Positions 1-14,435 of a DNA stretch of 64,000 nt are shown here, piece after piece; position 1 is the first letter of the stretch; each line of letters begins with the position of its first letter. The DNA comes from the human T2T-CHM13v2.0 reference genome, Homo sapiens. The stretch lies in the NCBI RefSeq assembly GCF_009914755.1, contig NC_060933.1; one strand, 5' to 3'. The position numbers and the translations under genes are program-made. The notes beneath the pieces are model-generated. The model saw only the letters and a list, made by a program, of their open reading frames with translations. It ran no database searches and was not told the DNA's origin.

Positions 1-627
1 GCGTGGCATTGGAGGGTCTCTGAAGGCCCTGAGAGCTGTGTCAGCCACGGTGTGTTATGAAGCAAGGCAGATGTTTTGTTAATTATTTACACAGCGTCGG
101 CCCCGCAGAGGACTGCGCTGACAGGAGCGGCTGTCACAGGCCTGGCCGTGGGGCAGAAGTGAGCAGCCGTCTTCCCCTGGCAGTCCTCCTGAAAAGGTCT
201 GCATGGCAAGGCCTGAGGGAGTCCTGCACATTTTATGCCCCCGCCCCCCAAAGCCATTTGGGTTTCCCTTAAACTGGCTTGTTTTCCTGAGCCGGTGGAG
301 AGATCCTTGTCCTCCGGAAGTGGCTATCGCTCTGGGGCGGCTTCTCTGCCAGCTCGTCACACCCTAGACCCAGCTGTAGTCTGTGTGGTGGGAGAGGGTG
401 TCACCAGGCTCTGGAGGTCCACTCCTCTGTAGTCACCTCATGCAAGGAGGGCTTCACAGGGGCCCAGCCTCTACTCCCTCATCCGGAAAACGGGCCAGTA
501 ACACCAGGCACCAGCCCCGTGATCCTCAGGCACCCTTGGGGGTGATCTGCCTTAGAAATTCAACTTTAGGATTAGAATTCTGCTAAGAGGTACCATGTGA
601 CAAAAAAGGTAGTGTAAAAATCACAAA

Positions 628-941
628 GACCAGGACAGGCTCATGCCTATAATCCCAGCACTTTGAGAGGCCGAGGCGGGCAGATCACTTGAGGTCAGGA
701 GTTTGAGACCAGCCCAGCCAACATGGCAAAACCCCATCGCTACTAAAAATACGAAAAATTAGCTGGGCGTGGTGGTGGACACCTTTAATCCCAGCTACTC
801 GGGAGCCTGAGGAGCCTGAGGCGTGAGAATCACTTGAACCTGGGAGACAGAGGCTGCAGTGAGCTGAGATTGTGCCACTGCACTCCAGCCTAGGCAACAG
901 AGCGAGACTCTGTATCAAAAAAAAAAAAAAAAAAAAAAAAA
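628..941 (+). mobile_element. Alu (S-like), full length with poly-A tail
   Basis: Dimeric Alu sequence, A-rich linker, ~25-nt A tail. Confidence 0.93.
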
Positions 942-1084
942 GAGTTCTGCAAAGAATGGCACCTGGCATCAGAGCTTTCCCTGAAAGGCCACTAAGGATG
1001 AGGAACGTGAGCTCCGGGGAGGCGAAGGGGGCAAAGCCACCTGCCTGTTGCCTGTTTTACATAAGGAGGTTTTGCATAGGAGTC

Positions 1085-1290
1085 ATTTTAAGATACATGA
1101 AGTAGCCAGAATAGATAAATCCACATAGACCTAAAGCAGATTGGTGGTTTCCAGGGCCTTTGGGGAGGGGAGACTGGGGAGCGACTGATTAAGGGACATG
1201 GGTTTTTATTGGGGTGACGCAGACGTTTTGGAACCGGATGAAGGTGGTGGTTGCACAACATTGTGATTGTAATACATCCCATCCAGCGGT
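1085..1290 (+). mobile_element. Old L1 (L1M-type) 3' end fragment
   Basis: Resembles L1MB/L1MC 3'UTR (ccagaatagataaatcc...agcagattggtggtttccaggg...ggtggttgcacaacattgtga). Confidence 0.6.
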
Positions 1291-1343
1291 TTGCTTTAAA
1301 GTGGTTAAATATATCTGAGAAAAATGTTAAACATAAAAGTTTT

Positions 1344-1763
<420 letters not shown>

Positions 1764-4700
1764 TCACTGTCCCAGCTTTCAGGTCAAGGCTCTGGTTGTG
1801 ACACCTGGGCCTGGACTGCGGGTGAAAAGTTTTGATGCAAAAACACAGACCGTCCATTGTCCTATGGGCTAAGTGGACTCCCTTCTGCTAACCAGAGATG
1901 CTTGTGCTGGCTGGTGTGTGGCACGTTATCTCATTCTTTCATGACGTATGTCCGGATGGAAGTCCTGGGTCAGGCATTGTGCTGGGAGCCCACACGAAGA
2001 CCCTCTAATGGCCCCACCCATTGGCCTCTCACCACCTGGTGGGGACAGAGGCTGTCACAACCCCTTCTTAGGTGCTCTTGATCAATTTGCAGGTGGCATT
2101 TTTTGGGATGTAGTCTCTGGGGAAGTAGGAGAGCTTCCGGCAGTGAGGGGTGTTTGAACCCACCTGGAGGGAGACGTGGGGTTTGCCAGAGGGCTGAGAG
2201 GGCTGGGGTGAAGGGCAGGTAGACCCCAAGGTGGAGAGGCAGGTGGGGCCGGTGGGTGAGAGGTGGGGCTGTGGAACTTCCTCCTGCTTCTTTGGCCTTT
2301 GCTCCTGTCGGTAGATGGCCTTACCAGGCACTTACTGTGGGCCATGTTCTAATCTAACCCTTAACCTGAGGGAACTCACTTCATCCTCCCAGTGATGCCG
2401 TGATGTGGGTATCGTTCTGCCCATTTTATAGATGAGGAAACAGAGACCCAGAGAGTCCAGGATCTGTGGTGCTTGACGAGCATCAGCCTGAGTGCTGTGA
2501 GGACACCCACAGCATGGGGGTCTGAGCTGAAAATTGGAGGACAGAGGCTGCCCTCCGGAAGTGACCAGGATGTGCCCTCAGGAAGTGACCAGCTGCCCAG
2601 CTCAGGACCTGTGTGAGGGCCCCCAGGCAGCTGGAAGGAACAGTGTGCACCCAGGTACCATGCCAGGGCCCCTGAGCATCCGTCTTGTCATCGCATAGTT
2701 GTAACCTGCCTCACAGACTGAACATGCACTCTAGAAGGGGATGGGACTTGGTCTGTGGACCACAACAGTGTTCTCCATGGCCAGCATTGTGCCTGACACA
2801 TAGGAGGAGCTCAATTAATATTTGTTGAGTGAATGGGAAGTTTTAAGTAGGCACGCGGCCGGATCCTTGGAGAATGTTTATATGGAGTGAACGAATCTGT
2901 TAGCAAACGTTCCTCACTCCCCTCAGTGGGCTGTGCAGGGCTGTATTGAGCTGAGCTGGCCCTTCCCTGGGAGAAGAGGTTTCTTAGAGAAATGCTCATC
3001 CTCGAATTATTCCAATGAGGAGGAACCTAAGCCCAGAAGGGCTCTACCTCCCAGAGTTACAGGCTCTCCTTCCTATGCCCCTTCCCTGCCGAGGCAGCTC
3101 CCACATGTCTGCATAGGAGGGCTTTGGGTTGGAATGGGTCAGTGCTGTGTCTTAAAGCTGCATTTTCTACCAAGCACACACTTTGTTTAGAGGGCATATC
3201 TTTTGGGGTTGCTTTGAGGAAAGGCTAACCAAGCCACCTCTGAGCACAGACATGACTTTTTGGCAAATGAGCAGGACCCCAGATTACACCCCATCTTAGA
3301 AAGTAGGAAACCCAGCATTGAAAGAGGAAAGATTCTGCAGCTGATGTGGCCTTGGCGGGCCACCAGCGTGGGTGCCCAGATGGCAGGATCACTGGGCACC
3401 ACATGGCACACAGAAGAGAGCAAAGGAGAGGGAGTCCGCCCCTGGGCTTGGCAGGTCCGGTCGAGTCCGCCTGGATTCAGTTACAACAGGACCTCGAGTG
3501 GGCACGGCGTGCCGGACTGAGTCAGTGTGTGTACATTTCCTTTGTTCGTCTCCTCCGGGAATGTAGTGGCCTTTTGTGTGTGTTTTAAATGCCAGCCTCC
3601 TTACCTAACCCAAGAGGAAATGAGGACTGGGTTTTTGTCTGTGCAGACGCTGGGACAAGTGTGGGAGCCGCCTGCTCTTGGAGCCAGCCTAGTGGTGACA
3701 GCGTGGCATTTGGAAAACATTCTGTGGTTTTCTCCAAGGGGTGATGGGCACACCAGGTGCTGGGCCGCCCCTGAGCTGGCCACTGGGACCCTGAAATGAG
3801 GAAGCCCTGTGACCAGGTTTCATGATGCCATTCAGCAAGGGACGGCTGAGCACCACATGCCTTCTTGGCCCCTGGGGAAACACACAGGAATCAGATGAGG
3901 TCCCTGCCCCGTCTTCCTGGGGAAACATGCAGAGAAAATACTTGTACTCTGAGCTAACACCTTTCACTCGCACAGACCTTTATGGTGTTCTGTGTCTTCA
4001 GACATTGATCACCTGTAGGTGAGACACATCATGGCCCCACTTTCCAAACTCCCAAACGGGCTGTGATCTGTAGAAGTATTTAGTGCCATTCAGGGACAGG
4101 AGAGATGGTTTGGAAGATGCTGTCTGCTGTGCGAAGTCTCTGGATGCTCAAATGGCTTATGGGGTGGCATCTTTGAAATTACCCAGTCCTGAAAATTTCA
4201 GGACATATGGTCACTGTGATGTGCTAATGTTAGCAATTGAGATATTTAATGACCCAGAAAAACCCCTTTTCCTACCCAGTGCAGGTTACTGGAGAGCCTT
4301 TATTTCTCAGGAGGAGGGTCTTACACAGTGTAATTTGGACCAGCAGATAGGGAGTCATTATCCCTCATTCATTTATTAGCTAATTAAGTGGTTTATCTGG
4401 TCACACATTTACTCCTTCAATTGCCATTCATCCAGCACTGTTTGCTGATGTACCTGGCCTGGTGCTGGGTACTGGGGGTGGAATGAAACAGAACAAATAT
4501 GACTGAGTCCCTACTGTGTGCCAGCCCATAGGGTGTGCTGTGTGCCACAGGTGAATGCATTCACTTCCCAGTGGACATTTAACAACCACCTACTGTGTGC
4601 AGACTCATGGAGATGCAGAAATGCAAATGGCACAGTCCGTAGTGGTTTGGACACTTGTGGTGTTTTGATGGGGTCTTTAGTCCTGGCTCTCTCTCTGCTT

Positions 4701-5164
4701 GCTGTGATATACCCAGTCAGCCACTGTTCACAGGCCACGTGGTGACGTCCCCAGAATGAACCAGAAACAATCCAGATGCCCCAGGAACCGACGTGAGAAC
4801 AAGGCATCCCCTTCACACGTTGTGTCTCAGTTCAGCGTCTTGCCACCACCCAGCATTTTGAGACAGAATGTGAGATCGCGTGGTTGGCTAAATACATAAA
4901 TATTTTATGTCTCGATATTCTGAAAATGAAGCCCAAATGCACAGAACTGCAGCACATCAGTGCTATAGATCATATGTTATAATAATCTGATGACATGTTG
5001 TTTAAATATTTATGGACTGATGCGACATGACAATGGGGGAGAGAGGAGGCTCGGAGCAGAGTCTCGGCAGATGCGGGAAGGAGGGAGCAGATTCCTGTGA
5101 TCCCGAGAAGCGTCACAGGACACCTGGGTTTCTGATGTGATGTTTTGGGGTTTTATGACAAAAA

Positions 5165-5718
<554 letters not shown>

Positions 5719-6555
5719 TGGACTTTCTAAATCACAGGAAAGGAAGGTGATGTCTGTAAAATGTCGGATGGGATTGGAAGGCACAAGGAATGAATAGCTT
5801 AGGAGGGGCAGGGAGTCGTGTGGAAGGGCCACTGCAGCCCGGTGCCTGGCACATAGTAGGTGCTCAGGAAATGTGGTTCTTGAGCCTCTGCCCTTCTCTT
5901 TGTTGTTGGTTTTGCAGAGTCATTAAGGGAGTTTACTGCAGACTGTCCCCCATATAAGTGTCCTGTGGCCCCTGAGCCTTTGCCTCAGCCTCTCTCTCTC
6001 CCTGCAGTGCCCTGGGAGGAATCAACTGACAGCCCTTTCAGTCTCCCACAGTCCAGCCAGTTAAATCAAGGTGTTCCCCTTTTATAGAGGAGTCTCCTAG
6101 AGCCAACCGCAGCATCCCTGCCTTTGGGAGCCACCTGGAATGTGCCAGCTGCAGTAGCCGTTCCTTCCACGCCCCCCCCCCATGCTGTCTGTGGGGCTTG
6201 CCACTGAGTGCTCCATCTCCCCATGTGCTCCATCCCCCGGCATCTGCTGCCATTGGTCCTGCCTGTTGCGTTACTTCTCTGTGCCCTGGAGCCCCTCAAG
6301 CACAGAGGCCTCGAAAGGTTGATCAGACATCCTCAGCACCTGGAGCGGGGCCTGGCACACAAGACGGCAATGAACGGCCAACCCTAGAAGTTCACCCCAC
6401 AAGACCTGCAGGGCGGGGGCTGAGTGTCCAAGAAGCCTCTTGGGAAGGGATGGTCTTAGACCTAGTGGTGTCTTCCCATTCTGCAGAGGCCTAGGGATGT
6501 CCCCAGGTCCCCAGAGTGGGAGGGGAAGGGTCAGAAGTCCATGGAAATAAAACAC

Positions 6556-6990
6556 AGGGCCAGCTACAAAATTTGTGGGGCCCAGTGCAAAATGAAGATG
6601 CAAGTTCCCTTGTTCAAAAAGCAGTAAAAAAAAAACACAAAAGTTTTTTCCTTTCCTTTGCAATCTCTTTCCATCTGTCATGATGTTTTTTGTTTGCTAT
6701 TTAATGTCTCACTCCCTGGACACAAGATACTTTCAGGGTGAGTGCAGACCTCACAGGTGTGGGCACACCTGCCCCCGACCCTCCTGCCTGCATCCGGGCC
6801 CCTGCTGCAGGTAACGGGTGGCAGAGGTTGCTGGGTGCGGGAGCAGGCAGCTGAATACCCGTCCTGGGGAGGCAGCTGAGACTCTGTGCTGCCAGCATGT
6901 GCTCCATTATTCCACCAGACTCCACTTAACACAGATTCAAAGATGACATGAAGCATTTCAGGACAGTGAAAGCACAGCATGAAGCCCTAC
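6556..6990 (-). mobile_element. MER45-family hAT-Tip100 DNA transposon relic
   Basis: cagggccagctacaaaatttgtggggcccagtgcaaaatgaagatg...cccttgttcaaaaa resembles the MER45 terminus; the far end is uncertain. Confidence 0.6.
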
Positions 6991-9900
6991 GCTTGGGGCT
7001 CCCTTCTTAGGGCAGGGCCAGGTCACCTGGACATGAAGCCAGCCTGATGGGAGGGGCCATAGCACCCACACACACATTTCACACAGAGCAAGGGCCTTAT
7101 GTTGGTTCTCTCCACAGAGCTGGGGCCAGATCTGATTTGAAGGGAAAGTTCTGTGTTAAGCACTGTCTGCAGACTGCTGGCCCAGCAGGTTAGTCGGCCA
7201 GCCAGGGGCTCTCCCTCTTCATCCGGAGCCTCTGGTGCCAAAGACACACCATGGTCAGCCCTCCCTGACTTAATCTCTCACACCATTGCCAGAGATTGTT
7301 GCAGTAACAAACCCAACCCCTCTGACTTCCGCTCCTTGAGTGACAAGGGTCAGAAATCGAGTGGCGCGGTTGCCAACCTTCTCACTCAGGAACAACGCCA
7401 AACACGTGGTGCCCCAGAGATCAGAGAGGGTGAGGAGCTTGGATTCCACCAGCTGTCACGCTGTTCCCAGCCCCAAAATGGGGAGGCTCAGCACCCACAG
7501 GGAGTGACGTCTGGTTACTCTGAAAACATGGACAAGGAGGCTCAGGTGAGGGGTACTTACTTAGTACCCACTGTGCACCGGAGACCCGGCCAAGTACTTT
7601 CCGTGTGTTGCCTTCGTTAATCCTCGTGACAACTTTGAGCTGATCCTGTTTTTCAGATGAAGTTAACTGAGGCTCAGAGAATGAAGCTGCCAGTCCAAAG
7701 CCATAAACCACACACTTTGGAAACTGAGATTTGAACCCAGGCCCGGCTGGCCCCAGAGTTAGTGCTCTTTGCACACGAATCCCAGGCACACTGGCTGGCT
7801 GAGGTCCCTCCCTGGCTGGGCCTCTTGCCCCCACCGTCTGCTGCATCTGCATCTGCAGGACAGGGGCCAGACCTCAGCGCTGCTGCCTGTCCACTCCTGC
7901 CCCTGAGCAGTCCATCCTTGTTCTTGGCAGGGAGCAGATCTCAGGGCCACAGCTCCAGCTTTTCTCCTGCAAGGCCTGGCCAGCTCTGTGGCTGTACTTG
8001 TGCCCAGAGAGACAGGTGGCAGCGGCAGAGTTAGGCACACCTGGCCGTGAGCCACACCCACCTTGTGCTCCCCGTGTCTCCTGGGCTTGTTACCGCCCAC
8101 TCAGGCCTCTGTTTTCCCATTTGTGGAGCAAGGGGTAATAGCAGATCCTGTCTCTGGGGCAGTTTTCCCAATCTATTGTGGTAAGGGTGTATAGTCCTCA
8201 GTTCCACGCCAGGCCCAGAAGAGGCCTTTGATACTCTGTGTTGATGGTAAACGACATGGTATGGGGTGAGCTCGGAGCTTGGTGGCCCCTGTGACGCTCT
8301 GGGGAGCGCTTCCCCAGGCCACAGGGCAGGCTCTCAGTCCAGAGCTGCCCTCCCTAAGGAATTCATCCCTTCCTTGTTTTCTTTGTTCATTCATTTCATC
8401 CCACAGATCCAGGCGCTCTGCTGAGATACAGTAATGAGCCCCAGGCATGAAGTCCCTGCCTGCACAGGGCTGGTGCTGTGGTTCCTAAACAAGAAACCGG
8501 TGCAGGGTTCCTGGCCAGGCAGTGCTGGGGAGAGGTAGCTGGGACAGCGTGGTGGCCCATGGCTGCCACAAAGAATGGAGTTCCTTCAATCTCTTTCTTC
8601 CATTAAAGGGCAATCCCTGGGGATTTAACATGCTGCCTTTCGTGTGAGGTCCCAGCACTCCCAGCGTCCTGGGAAGGCCTCATCGGGCTTTGCTTTGCTT
8701 CAAGGTGTCTTTGAGAAATCAGTTTTTCCAGTTGCAATGTGGGAGTTTTCCCCAGGCTCTCCTGAGACTCACAACCGCTCCCCCTAACGCTGCTGGTCAT
8801 GGAGACCCACCTGGGCCAGGCCCTGGTCACATGTGATCGCATCGACCTCTCTTGGTGACCTTGAGAGTCAGGTCCTATTAATTCATTTTACAGATGAGGA
8901 AAGGGAGGCTGAGTGAGGCTGCATCATTTGCTGAGGAGCACAGTGTGCCCACTGCCAAGTCAGGATTTGAACCCACGCCCGTGGCTTCCAGACCACACTA
9001 TCGGAACCACTCTGCCCTAGTGTGAATGGATGTTTTTTTAATTCTTGGCAGCAGAAAAACCAAAGATTCTGCTCAAAGCAGTAGACTCTCAGCGGCCCAT
9101 GTGTCAGGGCTGTGCTGGGTGCTGCAGGAGAGCTCTGCAGAGAAGAATAGAGACAGACTGTTGGTGCTAAAATTGGCCTGAAAAATGACCATTTCCGCGT
9201 GAGCCAGGATTGCGTTGACTCCTTGCTCCAAGGCTGTGAGGTGTGTGGGGTTAGGTTCATGTGACAGATGAGGAAGTGGAGGCTCAGAGAGGCTGTGTGG
9301 CTTGCCAAGGTCACACAGCCCCGGGCGGCCTTATTCCACATCCACCTGCTCTGTCTGCCATCATCCATGGTGGTCTCCGGACTAGCTTTGGCCTCCCCAA
9401 CATCCTGCATTTGGATAAACTGAGGCCTAAAGAACAATTCAGGGCTTGATCCCGAATGGGGGAGGGGACGGAACCCTTTGCATGCTTGTGGAAATGGACA
9501 CTCATTCCACAGCGAAACTGCCTTCAAAATGCCACTGATTCTCAGGGCAGGAGAAGACTTAAGAAATGACAGCGGGCAGTCAGGGCACGTGTGTCTGTGA
9601 CAGCAGAGGGGCCCGTATCCACCCTTCCTGGGACCGACAGCCAGGGTGATGGGGTTTTATAGCATCTGGAACAGGCAAGCCTTTTATAAGAAAATGTTTC
9701 CAAAGTTGTCCCGTCCCACCGTTGGCAAGCAGTCCTTAAACGGCAAAGAAACAGCCGTGCTCTGCATTCACGAAATGGTGAGCTGGCATTTAGGCCATTT
9801 ATTTAAAGCGGGAGTTGAGGAGGCTAAAGACTTCAGTTCTGAGTGGCGGCTCGCAGCCTCACTGCAGCAGGGGAGCGTAATCTTCAGGGTTTTCTTCCCA

Positions 9901-12900
9901 TTTACGGGTTTTTTTGTTGTTGTTGTATATTTGTAAAATGAGGCTTCTGCTGGCAAAAGCAGGTTTTAGCGAGTGCGGCGGCTCTTCCAGGACCTAATAA
10001 GGCCCCAACGGAGGGTGAATTCCAGCAACACTTTCCTTCCCCACATGGCCCCCCCATTCCGTCTTGCCTCATACACTTTGGGCACAGGGTACCATTCATC
10101 TTGCTTCCCATTAATGGAATTACCGCCATCACTTCTGTGGGATGAGATGGGCCCTTTGGAACTGTCTTGGGGACAGAGGCAGGATTGGCCGCCAGGCAGT
10201 TTTGCTTAGAGGGGAAGGGAAAGAAAGAGAGGGAGAGAAAACTCTTACAAATGGATGCTTCCTTGGGTGGTAAAGATCCTTGGCCATGGAGGACAGAGGC
10301 CGCAGGGCCCATCCAATCTGCTTCCTGCGCATGTCCCGTGTGAGCCTCGCTGTGGCAGGGCATGTGATGGCCCCAGTGGCAGATGTGAACGGGGCTTGAC
10401 ACCTGTGTACCACAGCCCCTTGACTTCAGAAGAAGGGAAGGAGGGACCCAGCATTTATGGGCTGCTGACAGATGCCTGGCACTGTGCTGGCCAAAATTTG
10501 GGAAGTGGTATCTCTGTCCTCATTTTTAGATGAAACAGCAGAGTCCCAGAGAGTGTAGACACTTGCTTTGAGTCACACAGCTCATGAGCAGTAGCACTGA
10601 AGTTTGAACCTCAGTCTGTCCATTTTCGTGGAGGACCAGCAGTGCCCCTCCTTGAGGCTCCAGAAGCAGCAGAGTGTGGACTCACAGTCCGGGTACCTGT
10701 CAGCAGCCTGTCCCAGCATCACCTCCCAATTCCCCAAGAAAGTGAGCAGACATCTGGAGGGTTTTTGCTTTCATGTAAGAATGCTGATCGAGGACAATGC
10801 TGAATATCATGTATTCCACCTGGACATCTGATAGAATTTCAGGGGTCTGGGATCCTGAGAATGAGGGAGGGAGGTTGGGAGCTGACCGGTCTGACGCACT
10901 GTGCTTGCCATTCTGCATGTCCATTTGTAGCAAGGCTGGCAATCATTGTCCTCTCCAGTGCCGGCTCTGATAGATTGATAGGGGCTGCCCGAGATGCCAT
11001 GTTGAGAAGGCTTTGGAGACTGGCATTGATTAGCAATGTCTGCTGTGTGCACAGGAATGAAAAGATGGATGTGAAAAGGACCGACCTAACTTAGTACAAT
11101 TCTTAACCTGAGCAGGGACCCCAGGGGCACGAGCTCTGCTTAGTTCTTGTGATTAGTTCATCGTGTGCCTCACCACACTTCCATCCCAGTAAACTCCAGG
11201 AGGGTGAGACTGTGCACAGCACACAGTGGGAATTCCACAGATAACAGAAGGAAGGATTGATGAAGGCTCTGCAGCCCCCAAAGAGCCAACAGTTGGAATC
11301 CTACAGTGAATGTTTTTAAAAACGTAATTTTAAACTTCTAGGGATGAGATGTAGGTGCCCACTTATTTAAACCAGGGCCATTTCATCCACGTCACTAACT
11401 TGCCGGATGTCTTTGAGTCATGGTTTCACCTGCCTGAGCCTCGGTTTCCTCATCTTCACTCCCAGCACTGTGGAGGGGTGACCTGGTTGATGACGGTCAT
11501 GGAGCCCAGAACCCATGGGTAACGGGGTCAGCATTCAGAAGTGTCAGCTCCAGCTGCCTGCCCCCGCCTGCCGGGCCCTGTCCTCTGCCAGGCGGAGCTC
11601 CTGGTTCTCTGGGTCTGTAATGCTTTCCTTCTCACTTCTCAGACATCACTGCTTCTGGGGAGTCTCCTCTGACCTCAGCACACTGCTTAGAAACCCCTGC
11701 TTGGTGCCTCCATAGCCCCTTCTGCATCTTCCCCAACATGGCCCCCCACCCTGTGAGGCCCACTAATGGCCAGTCCCCTGCCCCAGGATCCCCTCCAGGG
11801 CTAGGACTGAGCCACTTTCCTCTGTGGTCCCAGTGCTCAGCCCAGGGCCTGGCCTGGCAAAGGCCTCGGTGACGGTAATGAGGGGAGGGAGCAATGCACC
11901 CTTCGTTTGTTCCTCAGGCCTGTGGCCATGGGGACAGCTGAGATGCTGAGACCACTGTGTCCAAAGCCCAGGCCTTTTCTGGGGACAGATAGGTCAGCGG
12001 GACGGATGGAACCAGCTCTGTGACTCACATACCCATTGTGCCTGCTGCGGTGATCCTTTAAACGACAGTTAGGTTTGATCCTGCGGGAGGTGGGTGTTTG
12101 GAAAGGTTTTGAGCAGGGGAGTGGCCCCCCTGAAGCAGAGTGTGGCCCGTGGAGGCTGGGGGGCTGGGAGGCGGCTGTGAACTTCAGGAGAGAGGAGGGG
12201 GAACGGGGCTGTCCTGGGGAGAGTGGGGAGAAGTGGGGAGCAGCCTGGAACAGTGCCGGGCACCTGGTGTCCACAGCCTGAGCTCCTACCTGGAGACCCC
12301 TGGATCAGGGAGTAAAGAATTCTGGGCTGCAAGTCAGAAGAAATGCTCCCCAGGGGCTTCAGTGGCTCCAGAGTCTCAGGAATCATCTCTGGATGGGTGA
12401 CTGGGGCAAGGGTGGGCTGGGGCCCTGGTCTTAGTCTCCTCATCAGTCAAGGAGGGCAATGTGCTTTTTGCCCTTGACTCTCCTCTGACCCTGGCCCTTC
12501 ATACCTGGATCTGGCTTGGGAGCAGGGTGAGGCCGAGGCCCACAGAAGCCATAGGGTCAGCCTAAGAGCAAGAGTGGAAAAAGAAAAATCATGAAGCAAT
12601 AATGAGCCCGTGGTACATCGAAGGGGCCATTGAATCCCCGTGGACTCAGGACGACAGTGGCTGGAACAGTGGTTGTCTATGTGTGGCTGGAGTGTGTGCA
12701 GAGGGGCCAGTGCTTGAGCCTGAATCTTCACAGCCCCTCCTCCATACATGCAAATCCTAACAGTATGTTATTATTGATATGTAAATATTAGCTATTAGCT
12801 TTTTAAACAATAATTCCTCCTCCTATTGCTATTGTGGCTCGTTCATCAGAGCACCCTTCAGATCAGTAGGGGTTGGCCAGGTGGCGAAGGCCTGCAGTTA

Positions 12901-13225
12901 GAGCATGGGGAGACTGCGTGAGCAGGTGCAGAGGTGGGAAACAGCAGTTGCAGGAACCATAAGTGGCTCCGTGGAGCTGACGTGGTGGAGGACAGACATC
13001 ACCTGGGCTTGGGCTTGATGGGTCAAGGGGTCTTAGGTGCTAAGCTCAGGAGGGATGGCAACCCAGAAACCTTGAAGGTGGATAAGGAAGGGGAGATGGG
13101 GTCTTAGGAATATGTGTCTGGTGGCGCGTGTGGAAAATGACGGTGCTAAGGCTGGGAGGACTTAGAGGCCAGTGGGGAGGCCCAGGTGCTGATGCCACTG
13201 TGGACATTCCTGAGCCTCTCAGCTA

Positions 13226-13598
<373 letters not shown>

Positions 13599-14092
13599 CT
13601 ACCCTTTCCTGCTGGGTGTTGGGGCAGCGGAGGGCTCTCCCCTTGGCACCCTCAGCCTCTCTCGGCTTTCCTGTGAAAAACCAGGCCGATGCCTGCCGAC
13701 TTGTGAGAATAAATGATAAAATCTGTGACGCTCCCAGCACTGCCTGGGGAGAGGAAGGAAAGTGTTGTCTTCCCTAAATTCCTATTTCTGCGTGTCGTTT
13801 ATTCTCTTCCCTGTCAGAGAAGTTGTTTTGCTTCCTGGGGACGAGAGAGGCCCGCGTTCACGGGAGCGCGCCCGCAGGCCCCATCCAGGCAGGTCGGCGG
13901 CCACGGAATTCATTTGTATCCCCAATTTCCAGGCTGCCTCGTGAATCTGCAAGAGCCCTGCTCCTCATGTGCTGTGGAGAGTGCATCGTGTTGTCCCTGT
14001 GACTGATTTCTGATCCTCCCTGCATTTATTTGTTTATTTGGGTCTGAGAAGTCCAAAGTGAAGCTGTGAGAAGGGGCGCCTTTGAGTTTTAA

Positions 14093-14435
14093 TACGGGAT
14101 GCACCATCATATAAGGACACTTTGGTCAACAGCAGACTGCGTATGTGACGTTGGTCCCATAAGATTATAATGCCATCTTTTGACTGTACCTTTTCCACGT
14201 GTAAACACACAAATACTGACCATTTCATTACTGTCGACTGCAGTACTCGGTACAGGACCATGCGGTACAGGTGTGTAGCCCAGGAGTGACAGGCGACACC
14301 CTATCGCCTAGGTGTGGGGGAGGCGAGACCGTCTGGGTTTGTGTAAGTCAACTCCAAGACGTTCACACAGTGACAAAATCGCCTCGTCATGCATTTCTCA
14401 GAGTGTGTCCCTGTCGCTAAGCGATGTGTGACTGT
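14093..14435 (-). mobile_element. Tigger3a/MER7-like TcMar-Tigger MITE
   Basis: ggtcccataagattataat...actgtaccttttc...gggtttgtgtaagt...gcatttctcaga...taagcgatgtgtgactg resembles the reverse Tigger3 consensus end to end. Confidence 0.75.

Noticed and set aside
685-969. 94-aa minus-strand ATG ORF and similar ORFs containing LECSGxISAHCNL or [13 protein letters not shown] (e.g. 13223-13555, 19883-20590, 54684-55202, 60971-61261)
   Set aside because: These are translations of Alu sequence; no promoter, splice or codon evidence for real genes.
4551-4564. Perfect 14-bp palindrome GTGAATGCATTCAC
   Set aside because: About four such palindromes are expected by chance in 64 kb.
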